In this document: in pieces, positions 1-11,110 of the stretch
Layout: each line of letters starts with the position of its first letter
Position numbering within the stretch: the stretch's first letter is position 1
NCBI GenBank assembly: GCA_964187785.1
Contig: OZ076409.1
Coordinates: 41,790,001 to 41,854,000 of the forward strand
Length of the DNA stretch: 64,000 nucleotides
From: Amphiscolops sp. MND2022
Taxonomy: Eukaryota
Reading direction: 5' to 3'
Made by a program: the position numbers and the translations under genes
Notes under the pieces: model-generated
Told to the model about the DNA's origin: nothing
The model's input: only the letters and a program-made list of their open reading frames with translations
The model's database searches: none

Positions 1-1845
1 TTTGAAGCCAGCTTCACGAAGGCACTCAAAGACTTCGCGTAAGCGTGCCATGTGGTCCTCTACGGTTTCGGTCGCAATCACAATGTCATCGATGTAGGCC
101 ATTACCATGCTGCCTTCGCGGTAGACAATATTCCGTAGCGCGCGCGCTATCGCTCGCTGGAAAGTGGTTGAAGCATTACACATGCCGAACGGCATTCTCC
201 GCCATTCAAAAAGCCCTAATTCGCAAGCAAAAGCAGTTTTGTGACGATCCGTCTTTCGTACAGGAATTTGCCAGAATGCCCAGGCAAGGTCTATGCTGGT
301 GTAAATCTTGGCTTTGCCCAGCCGTGCCAGGCTTTCATCAATACGAGGCAAAGGATATGCATCTTTAATGGTCGCCTCGTTCAACGGGCGGAAGTCGCAG
401 CAGGAGAGCAACTCCCCGTTTTTTTCCATTACAATGCCACTCGCCCAAGGGGACAGCGAGGGTCGTATCATCCCCAAGGCCAAGAGGTTCCGCACCTCTT
501 GATTGACACGTTCAGCTTTTTCAGGGGACATCCTACGAGCACCTTTGCGATGCGGTACAGCCCCTGGCTCTACTTCTACGGTGTCTTTGGCGATAGTGCA
601 CCGGCCGATGTCCGCCTTGTGCTTCATGAATAGATCATCGAACTCGTTAAGGATCTTACCGAGGGACTCGCAGGCGCTAGCGCCCCATAAATCCTTAACT
701 TCCTGCAACTGAGATTCTGGCCCAGGAAACGGAGCCATTAGCTCTGGATCAGTACGCTTGCGAATTTCGCGCTCCGAAAGTCCTGTCTCACTAGGATCAG
801 TTGAGGATAAAAACTCAAATTCTGAAGAAGAAGTCAACTCAGAAGCAGTGGATAGATTCATTTCACTGTACACTTTATAAACAAAATTTGCACGACCGTT
901 GTCGGCGTTAGTTTCTTCACTGGTCGTTGTAGGAGAGCCCAGATTCTGAGGCACCGCCTGATACACTAACGACACGGGTACTACAGTGCCCAGTTGAACA
1001 CCACACCGTACACGCTGTGGGTTGCTGGAAAGGTTTATCAGACTCACGTACAATGTTCCTGTCTCACTGACAGTGGCCACGCTGTCCTCTAAAAAGACGA
1101 CATTGTGCAATGAAGTGTCAGACAATGAGGCGTTGAGTGCTACGCTTTGAAAGATCATTGGCTCTAGTGCATCGGTGACGAGCTTAGCTCTAGCCACCGC
1201 ACGTTCGAAAGGCTGTAGGACTAAGTCACAGTCCAAAACAACCGGGGTAACTAACGAAGCGTCACCTACCTGTGCATGTGCATGATGCCAGACAGGCTTC
1301 ACTGGTGCTCGCACCACGATCTTCATGGAGGTAAGGTCCACTAAGACCTGATAGGAGCGGAGGAAGTTCCGCCCTAGGAGGAAGTCCTCCACACCCATAG
1401 CGTCGTCCACCACGACAAAGTTTGTTTCAAGCTCGTATCCTCCCAACTGGAAGTGGATACGTTCCGCCAGGCCGTAAGTCTTTATTGTCTTCCCATTGGC
1501 GGCGTACAGGTCTACTTGGTACGGCTTCAGGACAGTACCGGTGCGTGCTGCCACTCTATTGAAAGCGGAAAACGTCAATATCGACACACCGGATCCAGTG
1601 TCCACCAACCCTCGCAATGGAATAGGTGCTGCATGGGGCACGACGAAGGAGACAACGAGCGACGCACGCTCATCAATGCGCGCCTCGCCAGTAGGTTCCT
1701 GGTGGTTAAGGTTGTAGCACTTCAGCTCTTGAGGACCAAGACATATACCAGGTGGAAATACATCTACCACTACACAAGCCTCAAACTTCACATCCACGCC
1801 ATCCATTGTCGCGCAACGGGCACTGGGGAATACGTCGTCAGGGTT
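1..1845 (-). CDS. pol: pol polyprotein segment (aspartic protease, linker, reverse transcriptase); stop-free for 615 codons and open at the window edge
   Basis: Manual translation: GLVDTGSGVSIL (DTGS at 1591-1602), LLGRNFL, SPWASGIV, CDFRPLNEATIKDAYPLPRIDESL, IDLAWAFWQIPV, FEWRRMPFGMCNASTTFQR, AYIDDIVI (YIDD at 85-96). Missing from the ORF track because it runs off the window. Confidence 0.93.
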
Positions 1846-4686
1846 TCAGACTCTCCCGGGACGTACCACTCCTTCGGATGGGGCAACTCGACTCGCGTGT
1901 AGAGGATAGACAATTCAACCCAAAGCTTTGCAAGAGTCAATGTTGGTTTGCGGACTTGTTCGGCGGCTAATAACAGGTGGATTGAAATCAACGTCCGTCC
2001 TTGTGGGTCGAACGTTGTAGGCTCTAAATAAGTTTGGACTTGCTTGGCACCGCAAGTGATTGTCAGCGGAGTGTGGAATGCAGGCGGCTCCGTTGGGTGC
2101 AGCATCAATACGCGATCATCTTCTAAGGGCACCGTGTGCGCGGCTACGCCAGCTGATTCGACTTCAGCCCATCGGTTATAAGCCAATTCATCAGTGGGCT
2201 TCTGGGTTTGGGTGTGCTCACCACATTGCACTCCTGTATGGTCAAAGACTCCACAGTTGGTGCACTGATAAATTCCGGGATAACCTTCGAGAATTCCATC
2301 GGTCGTGTCTTCGGCAGTGACTTTCACGCCTTCAGGTTCGGAGGCGGCTAGGGGTTTGCGGGCTTGGTCGCGATTGGGACATTCGCGAGCAAAATGTCAA
2401 TTCTGCCCACAGTGGAAGCAAGCACCTGCCGGTACTCGGGCGGGAACCATGACAGCGGGAGCTGCTGGGACATTTGAGGGAGGCGCCGGGGATGGCAATA
2501 CGCCTTGCGGCATTACCATTTTGTTCGGCGGCAATGGTACAAAAGGATGAGGTCGAGACCTCATGGCTAATCTGGGATCATAGGGTTGTTGAGGATGAGT
2601 TTGTTTGGGACGGTTACGCTGTAACTGGCGGGTGGTGAAGCGTAAGGACTCCACGGTAGGTGGTTCCGTAAGAAAGGTTTCTGAGGCGTACACTATAGCA
2701 AGCTCTCGTCGCAACACTGGATCTCGCACTCCTTCTATGAAGCGTTGCAGGATTTTATAACGTTTGGTGGTGATACTCTCCTGCGGGAATCCTTGACTTC
2801 GGAGACCCTCTAGAGCGTCCAGGTACTGCATCTAGTCCTCTTTCTCTTGTTGGATGCGGCTTTCGAAAGTTTGTCGCACTTGCATGCAATTTCCTCCGGC
2901 GCCAAAGCGGCTGGATAACAGGTCGAATACCTTTTCGGGGGCGTCACGTTCAGACTCGGCTTTGTTGATGATATAATTACGAGCCTCACCTTCGAGGTGA
3001 CTGATGATGCTCCAAGCTCGGTCTTCAGCAGAGACCTTGGTCTGAATTCGTTTCAGGTATCTTTGCATGACTACAATCCATCCATCGATAGACCCATCCT
3101 TGGAACCACGATACACGTTGGGTCGGGTTTGGGCCAGGTCCCGCCCTGCGAGCAGAGGTGCCAGTTCCTTGGAAATAGCTTTGGATATGGCGGCGGTGAA
3201 CCTCAGCTGCTCAGGGGAGATTGCCTCAGCCTCTCCTTCTTTGGGTTCCACTTCGTCTGTCCCATCGTCACTACCGTGCGTGGCTTGCACCGATAGATCC
3301 GTCGTCTCTTCCTTTTTTCGAGTGCTACTCGCACAGGGAGTGCCCCAGGGTATTCCATCATTGGCTGTTAGGTCGGCTGTCAGATACAGGGAATGTGGTC
3401 CGGACACCGTGGCAGGGGCCATTACGTACGCGGCTCCTTCAGTTTGGGATCCCAGCGTGACTTTGGTGCTGGCTAAATCAACTTCGGTAGAAGAATCTAG
3501 ATAGATAGTCGATATTGGGTCCACACCTTGGTCTCGAGTGACGCTTCTGGCTGCAGAGAGAGTCAACGGTCCTGTTGAATAAGAACCATGGGGTCCTCTC
3601 ATCTGCACTCGTGCAGGCTTGCGCTCCGTGTCAGGTATGATGAGCACAGGATTCTTGACCCGGGTTTCAGGCACTATCGGTTTAGAGGTGCTGGGCTTCA
3701 GTGCACTTGTTAACTCAGGTTTCATCGCTCGATTTGAGTGCGGCTGCTTCAGATCTTTGGTGGGGCTACCGGCTGGGATACCCTCTCCTGCACTAGGTGG
3801 TCGCGGGAAGGACCTCTCACGCCTCATGGTCTTTATAGCGTTGAGTACTGTGTGCATTTGGTTGCTCAAGTCATTGATTTGGGTTTCCACGCGCAGCTCA
3901 CGGGCCATTAGCAGGTCATTCATTTCGCCCATTCGATGGCCTAGCGCGTCTACTCGGGCACTTTGCACATTCTGCGCAGTACGCAATTGATCACTGACTT
4001 GCAATCCTTCCCGCATTGTCATTTGCATCGTTTTCATGTTCTCAACGATGGCATGATGTTGCTCGTTGCACTCAGCACGAGTGCTGGCTAATCCGAATAA
4101 GGCACGCTGGGTCTCGGCTTGGGCGTCCAATAACGCTGCTTTGTACACCGAGGACCGCTGGGACGATGCCACTGAACCAGCCACGCTCCTCGTACGCGGC
4201 GCCTCAAGGTGGCGTTCCCCTGCGTTCACCATGGGCGGTCTCACTCGCTTATGCTTTCCGTAGGCACAAACTCGAGTGATTCCTCGAGCCGGTCCTGACC
4301 CTTGCGGTCCGGGATAGTTCGTGTTTTACACAGCTGCTTGCAAACGGGAACTCGCCTCCTCGCCCAGGGGTGAGCGAGAGCACCCTTCCTCTGCTGCAGG
4401 CTCGTTGGTCGTATTTGAGTTAGGCCATTCCTCTTCTGCCTCGTTAGTCTTTTCGCGGCATGTTTCGTCGACCCACTGCTCAGTCCGGCGGGAGCTTCCA
4501 GAAGCGATTGAACCTTCTGATGGGGGGCACTATGGCGGCCAACTCCTCCTTGCGTTGCTGTTCGATGGTGACTTCATCAGACATTTCGTCTGAAAAATGC
4601 GAACCGTCCATCGTGGATTCATATGTTGCCCAAGACTGCGAGCTCATGTCAGACTGCACTGGACCTTGCATGGCTGTCATGCACAA
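1788..4686 (-). pseudogene. gag: gag (and gag-pol junction) of Gypsy-A, interrupted by point lesions
   Basis: ORFs 2832-4244, 2397-2831 and 1788-2327 are in one frame, separated by single stops: TAG in EKED*MQYLD and TGA inside the knuckle CFHCGQN*HFAREC. There is a coiled-coil N-terminus, a capsid-like segment (YRGSKDGSIDGWIVVMQRYL...SHLEGEARNY) and a second knuckle CTNCGVFDHTGVQC. A 1-nt frameshift near 1815 joins it to pol. The 5' extent (4245-4686) is less certain. Confidence 0.85.
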
Positions 4687-7168
4687 TATCAGCGGCCAAG
4701 CAAGTGCTAGTAACTCGAACGTTGCCCCTAATTAGGTTTCAGAAATCACTAGGGCCGTCCAATCACTTTCAGTCCTTTACTCGTCTCGGTGAGGACTTTA
4801 CGGAAATTGATGTTTACAACGTCCTCAATTTCTCGAAATGCGTTCTAGGGGTCGCAGGCTGCTCAAATTCACACAGCGTTTTTCCACAAACACACTGGGC
4901 CAGAAAGTCAACCTGGTTCAGGGCAAAAAGTCTACGGTCACTCACAGGAAGAATTTCAAAGAATTTTTGGATTTTCCAAAAATCGCACAACATTACTCAA
5001 GAGGCTCGTGTGTGCGCTGGAAGCACTGTATCAAGCCCAAAATTAACCAGCAGATCTTAGGTACACGTAGGTTTACGAAAATGAACACAGTTTTGAGCTG
5101 CGCCCCTTCTACACAGTTTCACCTAGGTACAAACGTGCGGTACCACTATGTACCAAAATACACTGTTTTTCACGTCTTTTTCAAGATTGCGGTCCACTGG
5201 AAAGAGCTAGCAAGCTCAAATTCGCTGCAGCAACGTAGGAACTAGCACAAGTTACAATGGTGAGCTGCAATATAGTCCCACCCGTCTGCTAAGGTGCCCG
5301 GGTTACTCGGAAAAATTAAGAAAAAACTGCCTTTTCGGACACCTTTTTGGGTGCCACGTTTTTCATATTTTCTGAACAAGTACCGCACAGATCGGCACCA
5401 AGCTTGGTAGTTTATGTCAGTGGGCACCTACAATGCCACTGATATGGTCAAATTGAAGCGCGAGCGCTTATTTGAAGTTTCGACCCCCTATGTACGTTGT
5501 ACACGAAAAAACACTGTTTTTGACGACTTTTTCTATAAATTGACCAAGAGGATCACCTCAGAAAGTGATACGGCGGGCAAAATGGGACCAACGTGTTGCC
5601 CCATTATCTGTAGCACTTGGATGAACCCTCAATTGGTTGTGCCCGTTAGGTATAAGGCACTGACAGTCCTGCAGTTTTCGATTTTTTCGGCTTTTCTCGC
5701 TTCTCCGAAGTCAAAACGTCAGAGAGCTTTTCTCGACTTTGGTGACCGATACGCTCATCAAATTTTCAGCACTAACGTTAATTTTGGTGGTAGTTACAAA
5801 AACGCAACCACTTTTTGGCTAGGGTTCAGGAATCGATGACCCGACCCTAGTTCAGAGACAGTCCGGTTTTGTGGAAAATTGATCAAATTCAGTGCGTTTT
5901 TCCACTTTTCTCAGCACTGAAAAGGAATTTTTGCACGCGGTTTTCACCACCACGCGTTCTTTTTACTACACAAACAGAAAATGAGAGCGTTTAAACCCGC
6001 TCTGTTCAATTAGACTTCGCTCCCAAGACTTTCAGACAATGCACTTTCTATGTCTGAAAACGTCTAAAATCACAGGTTTTTTACACCGTGTCAGCCCCGG
6101 GCTGCCTGAATCCGCTTCAAAAGTTGCAGTTAGTGTCCTGTGGGTTGGTTACGCTTGAGAAAACACCGTACACTGCTTTTTCATACTTCTACACAAGTGT
6201 ACGCCTGTGTTTTTAGGTGCCTTTTAGGCCAAATTTCCACTTTTTTGCAATTTTCTGGTACTAAACTGGCACTTTTATCACAACCAAAGGCCAGAATACT
6301 GCCTCTCGTGCCTCGTACCAGCTTTTGCGAGCCTTGTAGCTGCTTTTTACAATACTTTTTGCAAAGTTTTCCTGGTTCCACTGAGCACAAGTGCTCGAAA
6401 CCAAGAAAAACACCAAAAAAACGCAAAAATGAGGTTTTTTCGCTAGAGTGCCATCTTTTTCGCAGAATAACACTTCATAGGGTGTCGTTACATTTGCAAT
6501 AAAACGTCACTGACCTGCACCAACAATTCCCCGTCAAAAAAGGTGCATTTTCAAAATTTTCGCTAACCATGAGCCATTTGAGCGACACGTCTGGTCAAAG
6601 GGGGTGCATCTTCTCCACGCTTTTTCTCCACATCTACACCAGATAGAGACACGCAGTTTGGACCATTAGCATTGTCTGCTGTTGCACTTGCTGTCCACCA
6701 AAAACCATACCTCTAGGACGTCTCCACGAGAAATGGGAGTAGAAAGTAGGCAACACACAAATTGACTCTCCCCTCGCCTCGCTGGATCGTGGTCAACCAT
6801 CCACCAGTTACCTTCTTGCATGGCATAAAATGGCTGAAAATAGCTCACAAAACCTGTTAAACACCCGTAGCCACGTGCTACGGTCTTCTGTACCTGCAAA
6901 AAGATACCCGCTGATGGGTACACATCACATCACACAAAAATAGCGATTTTCTTCTAAAACACCTAAAAATGCCATTTTCACACCTGAAAACGTGATTTTT
7001 TCGGGTTTTCTCTGGTTCAACGCTTCTCGCAGTTCCAGTAAGATGTCACACGACTAAAAAAGGGCAAAACTCTGCTTCTCTCTTCTTTTCCAGAGTCGAA
7101 ACGGGCTTGGCGCTGATCACCAGGGGGCCAGATCTTTTAAAAACCGCTCGGGAAAGCTTCCCAAGACG

Positions 7169-7186
7169 ATCCCTCTGTGGTCGCCA
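7169..7186 (-). promoter_or_regulatory. Primer-binding site of Gypsy-A, probably complementary to tRNA-Arg(TCG)
   Basis: Minus strand reads TGGCGACCACAGAGGGAT. The plus strand ATCCCTCTGTGGTCGCCA resembles the 3' end of metazoan tRNA-Arg(TCG) (...TCCCTTCGTGGTCG-CCA, recalled rather than searched). Confidence 0.7.
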
Positions 7187-7201
7187 AAAAATGAGGTTCT
7201 A

Positions 7202-8036
7202 TGTAACGATAAGCGCTGGCGCTTGAACCGCAACTTAGAGTGGAGGAACTAGAACAGCGAATATAATCTGGGACTTAGATCTCCGCGGCCCTAGCTCATT
7301 TTCCCTCCGTAGGAGCCAGTCCCAAGTTGGGGGAACCGTCTTGTAAGAAACTCTCTGGCCTGGTCCCAGTCTGTAACTGCTAAAAGTAACAGGCATCTTG
7401 CTTAACTCAAGACCACTGCTCAACTAGCCTTTAAAAAGGGGGCTGAAAACAAGAGAAGGTTGAGCCATACTATTGGAGAATCTGATAAAATCGATATAGC
7501 CAAATTAGGTAAATACAGATGTCAAAGGGCAGCTCTCGAGCATATCAATCTACTACAAAGAAAAACACCATAAAATCAACAGTTTGAGTCATTTTAAAGG
7601 AAATTGACCTCGGCTTCCAGCGCTAACGCTCGTCACCACACAGGACACCGCAAGGATATTCAGGCACGCATCCGGAACACTGGTTTCTGCTACTATGATA
7701 GTGTTAATCTCCCGGGGATGGGCACAATACCGTGTTCTATAGACGGAATAGACGTCTTTTCGGTCGTCTCTTGCGTTCGTTTTTCGCGGGCAGCGATTTC
7801 TGCTCTTCTGGTTTGCTTTTCTGGCAGGTCTTTCACCTTGAGCATGTTTGAGTGCCACGTCAGATTTGAACGAATTTTTGACAAAATTTCTGAACATGTC
7901 GAGTTACAAAATCGGTTGATATTGCTGTGCCAGACCTTGCCTTTACATTTCAGCTGAGATACTTGGTTTTCTAGGAAAAAGGCTAAATACAGGTGGTCCT
8001 CAAAAGCTTCCAGGAGGAAAGGAAAAAATCGTTACA
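7202..8036 (-). repeat. 5' LTR of Gypsy-A (835 bp)
   Basis: Bounded by perfect 9-bp inverted termini TGTAACGAT (7202-7210) and ATCGTTACA (8028-8036), and lies next to the PBS. Confidence 0.85.
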
Positions 8037-9769
8037 AACTCCTACTGTAGACCAGTTAAAGCATGTTTGGTACAGTTTTCGAATTTTTGTGTCGACACGA
8101 ACTGCCCGGAATTCACCGACAAAAAATTAGCTACTTACTATACTTTTTTGTTATGAAAAATAAAGTTCTCTAGAAAAAAATGCACTAATTCTTCTGAACG
8201 TTCAAATTATTTCCAAACCTGGACTTTATTACCCAATTTTGGTAGTTTCGCTGCAAGTTTCGAAAATTTTCGTGGCTATGAGAAACCGCAGAAAAGATGG
8301 ACTAAGTATATTTTTATATCAAAAGTTTTATTGCGCAAGTGAGGTGAAACTTTCAATGTTTGATTCCGTTTTGTATATCAACAGTGTAAAAACAGGTTTT
8401 CGGCAGTTTTTCTGTAAAAGATTAAATCAGAAACTTCTTTCAAAGTATTGCACAAAACGTATAGGTGGAACAAATGGGGCACGCAGAGCCCAGCTTTTTG
8501 ATGATTTCGTCACTTCAGGATTTTTTGGAAAACAGAAAACTATTGAAATGAGGAAATGCGTTTGTTGAGCTTGGGCGCAAAGTTTGAGCTAATATCAACG
8601 TCTTACAGACAGATAAAACCTGAACAAATATTCGAAAAAGTTCAGAGAAACTTCAGCCATTTCAAACACTTCAAATTAGTTTCAACTCACAGTGCTGTTT
8701 CAGAGGCTTCCATTGTTCCAAAACTGCAATTCGTTTTTTTCTATTCAAAATTTTTTGAATGTTTCCGTGATAAAACTTTTGATTGTACAGAAATTCAAAG
8801 TTCATCGAAAAAACAGCCAATTGTTCCCAAAAGCATAACATTGGTATTGAAATAGTTCATTCTCATTGGTATAACAGATTGCGTACTTTTTGCCCCGAAG
8901 ATGCTTCTGTGGTATAAGAACTTTTTTGTGATAGCATTTTACTTTCATGTTTCGAAGTTTTTATCAGCCCTTTAGTGAGCCATCCGCAAAAACTGTGGTA
9001 GTAAAAAATTAAATATCTTCTTTTCTACGGAATTTCAAGAGAAAAAATCTGCTTTTTTCTGCATTGGAATTTTTTGATCAAAAAAGGACATTCTCCAGGA
9101 CGATGGAGGCAATTCCGAATGAGAAGTCAGTTGTTACACCGACGATCAGTTCTTTCTACAAAAAAATAAACACTAAATCCCAGTGCTGTACGTTCGCAAT
9201 CGGACATTTTGACTGTGAACGTATTCATTCATAATGAATCAGGTTTGTACGAAGATAGCTTTTTTGACCCCAAAAGAAGATTTCCAGCTGTTTGGGTCGT
9301 TCCCTGTTTTTCAGTTGTTCAAAAGAAGGTTTTTTTATTCACTGCTTCAAGCCAGCTTTTAGTTTGCAAGCCTTGTCGAGATTAAAGATTTTCCCGCACA
9401 ATGCAATTTTTTATTTCATCAAAGGGTTCCTTTTTTAGTATTCGATTGTTCAATTTAGCAAGAGGAGTTTTACCAGCCTTAAGGGTTCCCAACTCGGATA
9501 TCTTCCGCCTTTCAGAAATTGATAACAGTTGTCCCAAAAGCTGACCTCGTGAACATTCGAAAGATTTCTTGAAGTAAGTGCACACTATTACAGTGACCAG
9601 TTTTTTTTCAGTTTGAATCCGTAGTGACTACTCTTTTGGTCCATTTTGGTCAACTTCGCAAAAGGTTTTATATTGTCGTGGATGAAGAATGTATCTGTCC
9701 TAGTCGAGATTGCTTGAACTTTTTAAATTTGAACTTGTTTATTTAGGAAGGCACTAATCAAATTGTTCC

Positions 9770-10428
9770 ATTAGTTGCAGAACCGTCGCCATCAACGGTG
9801 TCAGAAAAGCGTCGAGCTGAGTCATTACCCACACTGAGGCAATGACCGTCGATTCCAGCAGTAAAATGGCTGCTGAAACTGTTCGAAGAAACTTCGAGAT
9901 ATAAATTTCCTAAAATTTGCGCACTTCTAAGTGTTACCTGTGTAACTTTCCGATAGTGGCTCTGGACGTTTGGGAGCAATTTTTCCGTCTCTGGAATTGA
10001 CAAGAGTGATAAGATACAAGTTTGCAAAAGTCTCTAATATGAGCTTTCATCTGGTACATTTGCATTTCTCAGTTTTAAACAGGTGAGGAGTTATTATGAT
10101 TTTCGTCAGAATTTCGGAAGCCAGAATACGTTATCGTTATGTTTCGCACATTTTTACGTGCAATTTTTGTTTCAACAGGTTGAAGCATTTGGTTATGAAA
10201 ACAAATAGAAATAATCGTTCTTGGGTGAAATGAGCCCTTAGATTGAGTCTCGGCTGCTTGTACCGAAGGTATTAGCGTTTTTTTATAATCCTATTTTTTT
10301 TAGGATACGATCTTGGAAAAATGTATTATTTTAGTAAGATCTTAATAAGAATCTTGCCATGGGTGTAGGAAGAATTTGGTAAGATCTTGCCAAGACAGCC
10401 GATTTGCTAGTTAGAGGGCCAACCGGGG
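9770..10428. mobile_element. Truncated, diverged copy of the CACTA/EnSpm-like MITE family
   Basis: Homologous to the right two-thirds of 52472-53473 and 62021-63098; ends in a degenerate TIR GAGGGCCAACCGGGG. Confidence 0.75.
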
Positions 10429-10789
10429 TTTAAATTGAATCAGCGAAGCTTTTATGCATGAAAGTTTTCTTGAGAATTTTATAAAATCATGTAAAATTTG
10501 CTTAGTAACCTACAAAAACTTGTAAAAAGTCAATTAGTATCAACCAGGGTAGGACCATATTAGAGGCCTAGACAGTAGCAAAGAGTACCCTTTAAGTTTT
10601 TTTGATACTGTGCAACTTTTTTTCGATCATTCTCAAATTTCGCCAAATGGTCGCATGTTTAAAATTTTTTCATGTTTCATGTTTCCAGTTGAAGAAGAAC
10701 TTTTAACAGCCCTAAAACCTTTCAAAGAGTAATCCTTTTATATGTTCAAACCTTACGCGGAAGGCCGACTTGCACCGTTCCCATTTTAT

Positions 10790-11110
10790 TATTTTCCGAC
10801 CCCACAAATAAATTTGGGGGAAGAAAATCATGATCTGTGATGCGTTTTTTTCCAAATTCTGCCAAATCTCCTCTCGACCTCAGTTAGTTACTTGACTACT
10901 TTTTTAGTTACTTGACTATTTCAGTAGCTAAAATAGTCAAGAAACTAAATACCTTAGAGTGTGGAATAAGATCTAAAGTCAAAAAAGGGAATAAGATCTA
11001 ACGGGAATAAGATCTTATTCTTTAGAACCTGTTTCCCCTCCCAAAATAGCTATGGCTTAGTTGGTGAAGGCAAGGACGAAAAATATCCCGGTGCTTAGCG
11101 GGTGTCTTGT
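10790..11110 (+). mobile_element. Helentron-type non-autonomous element (HINE family A)
   Basis: 5' TATTTTCCGACCC sub-terminal motif; 3' AAAATATCCCGGTGCTTAGCGGGTGTCTTGT hairpin end; internal AGTTACTTGACTA repeats shared with 17449-17672. Confidence 0.7.

Larger units (their letters stand above)
1..8036 (-). mobile_element. Ty3/Gypsy LTR retrotransposon (Gypsy-A), 5' part: 5' LTR, PBS, long leader, gag, protease and RT; continues beyond window start
   Basis: Minus-strand order is LTR (7202-8036), PBS, gag with two CCHC knuckles, LVDTGS protease, then RT with DLAWAFWQ, MPFG and YIDD motifs. The RT motif set is typical of Ty3/Gypsy. Confidence 0.95.

Noticed and set aside
45..4279. Many + strand ORFs of 60-150 aa
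   Set aside because: They are antisense shadows of the GC-richer Gypsy gag-pol on the minus strand.
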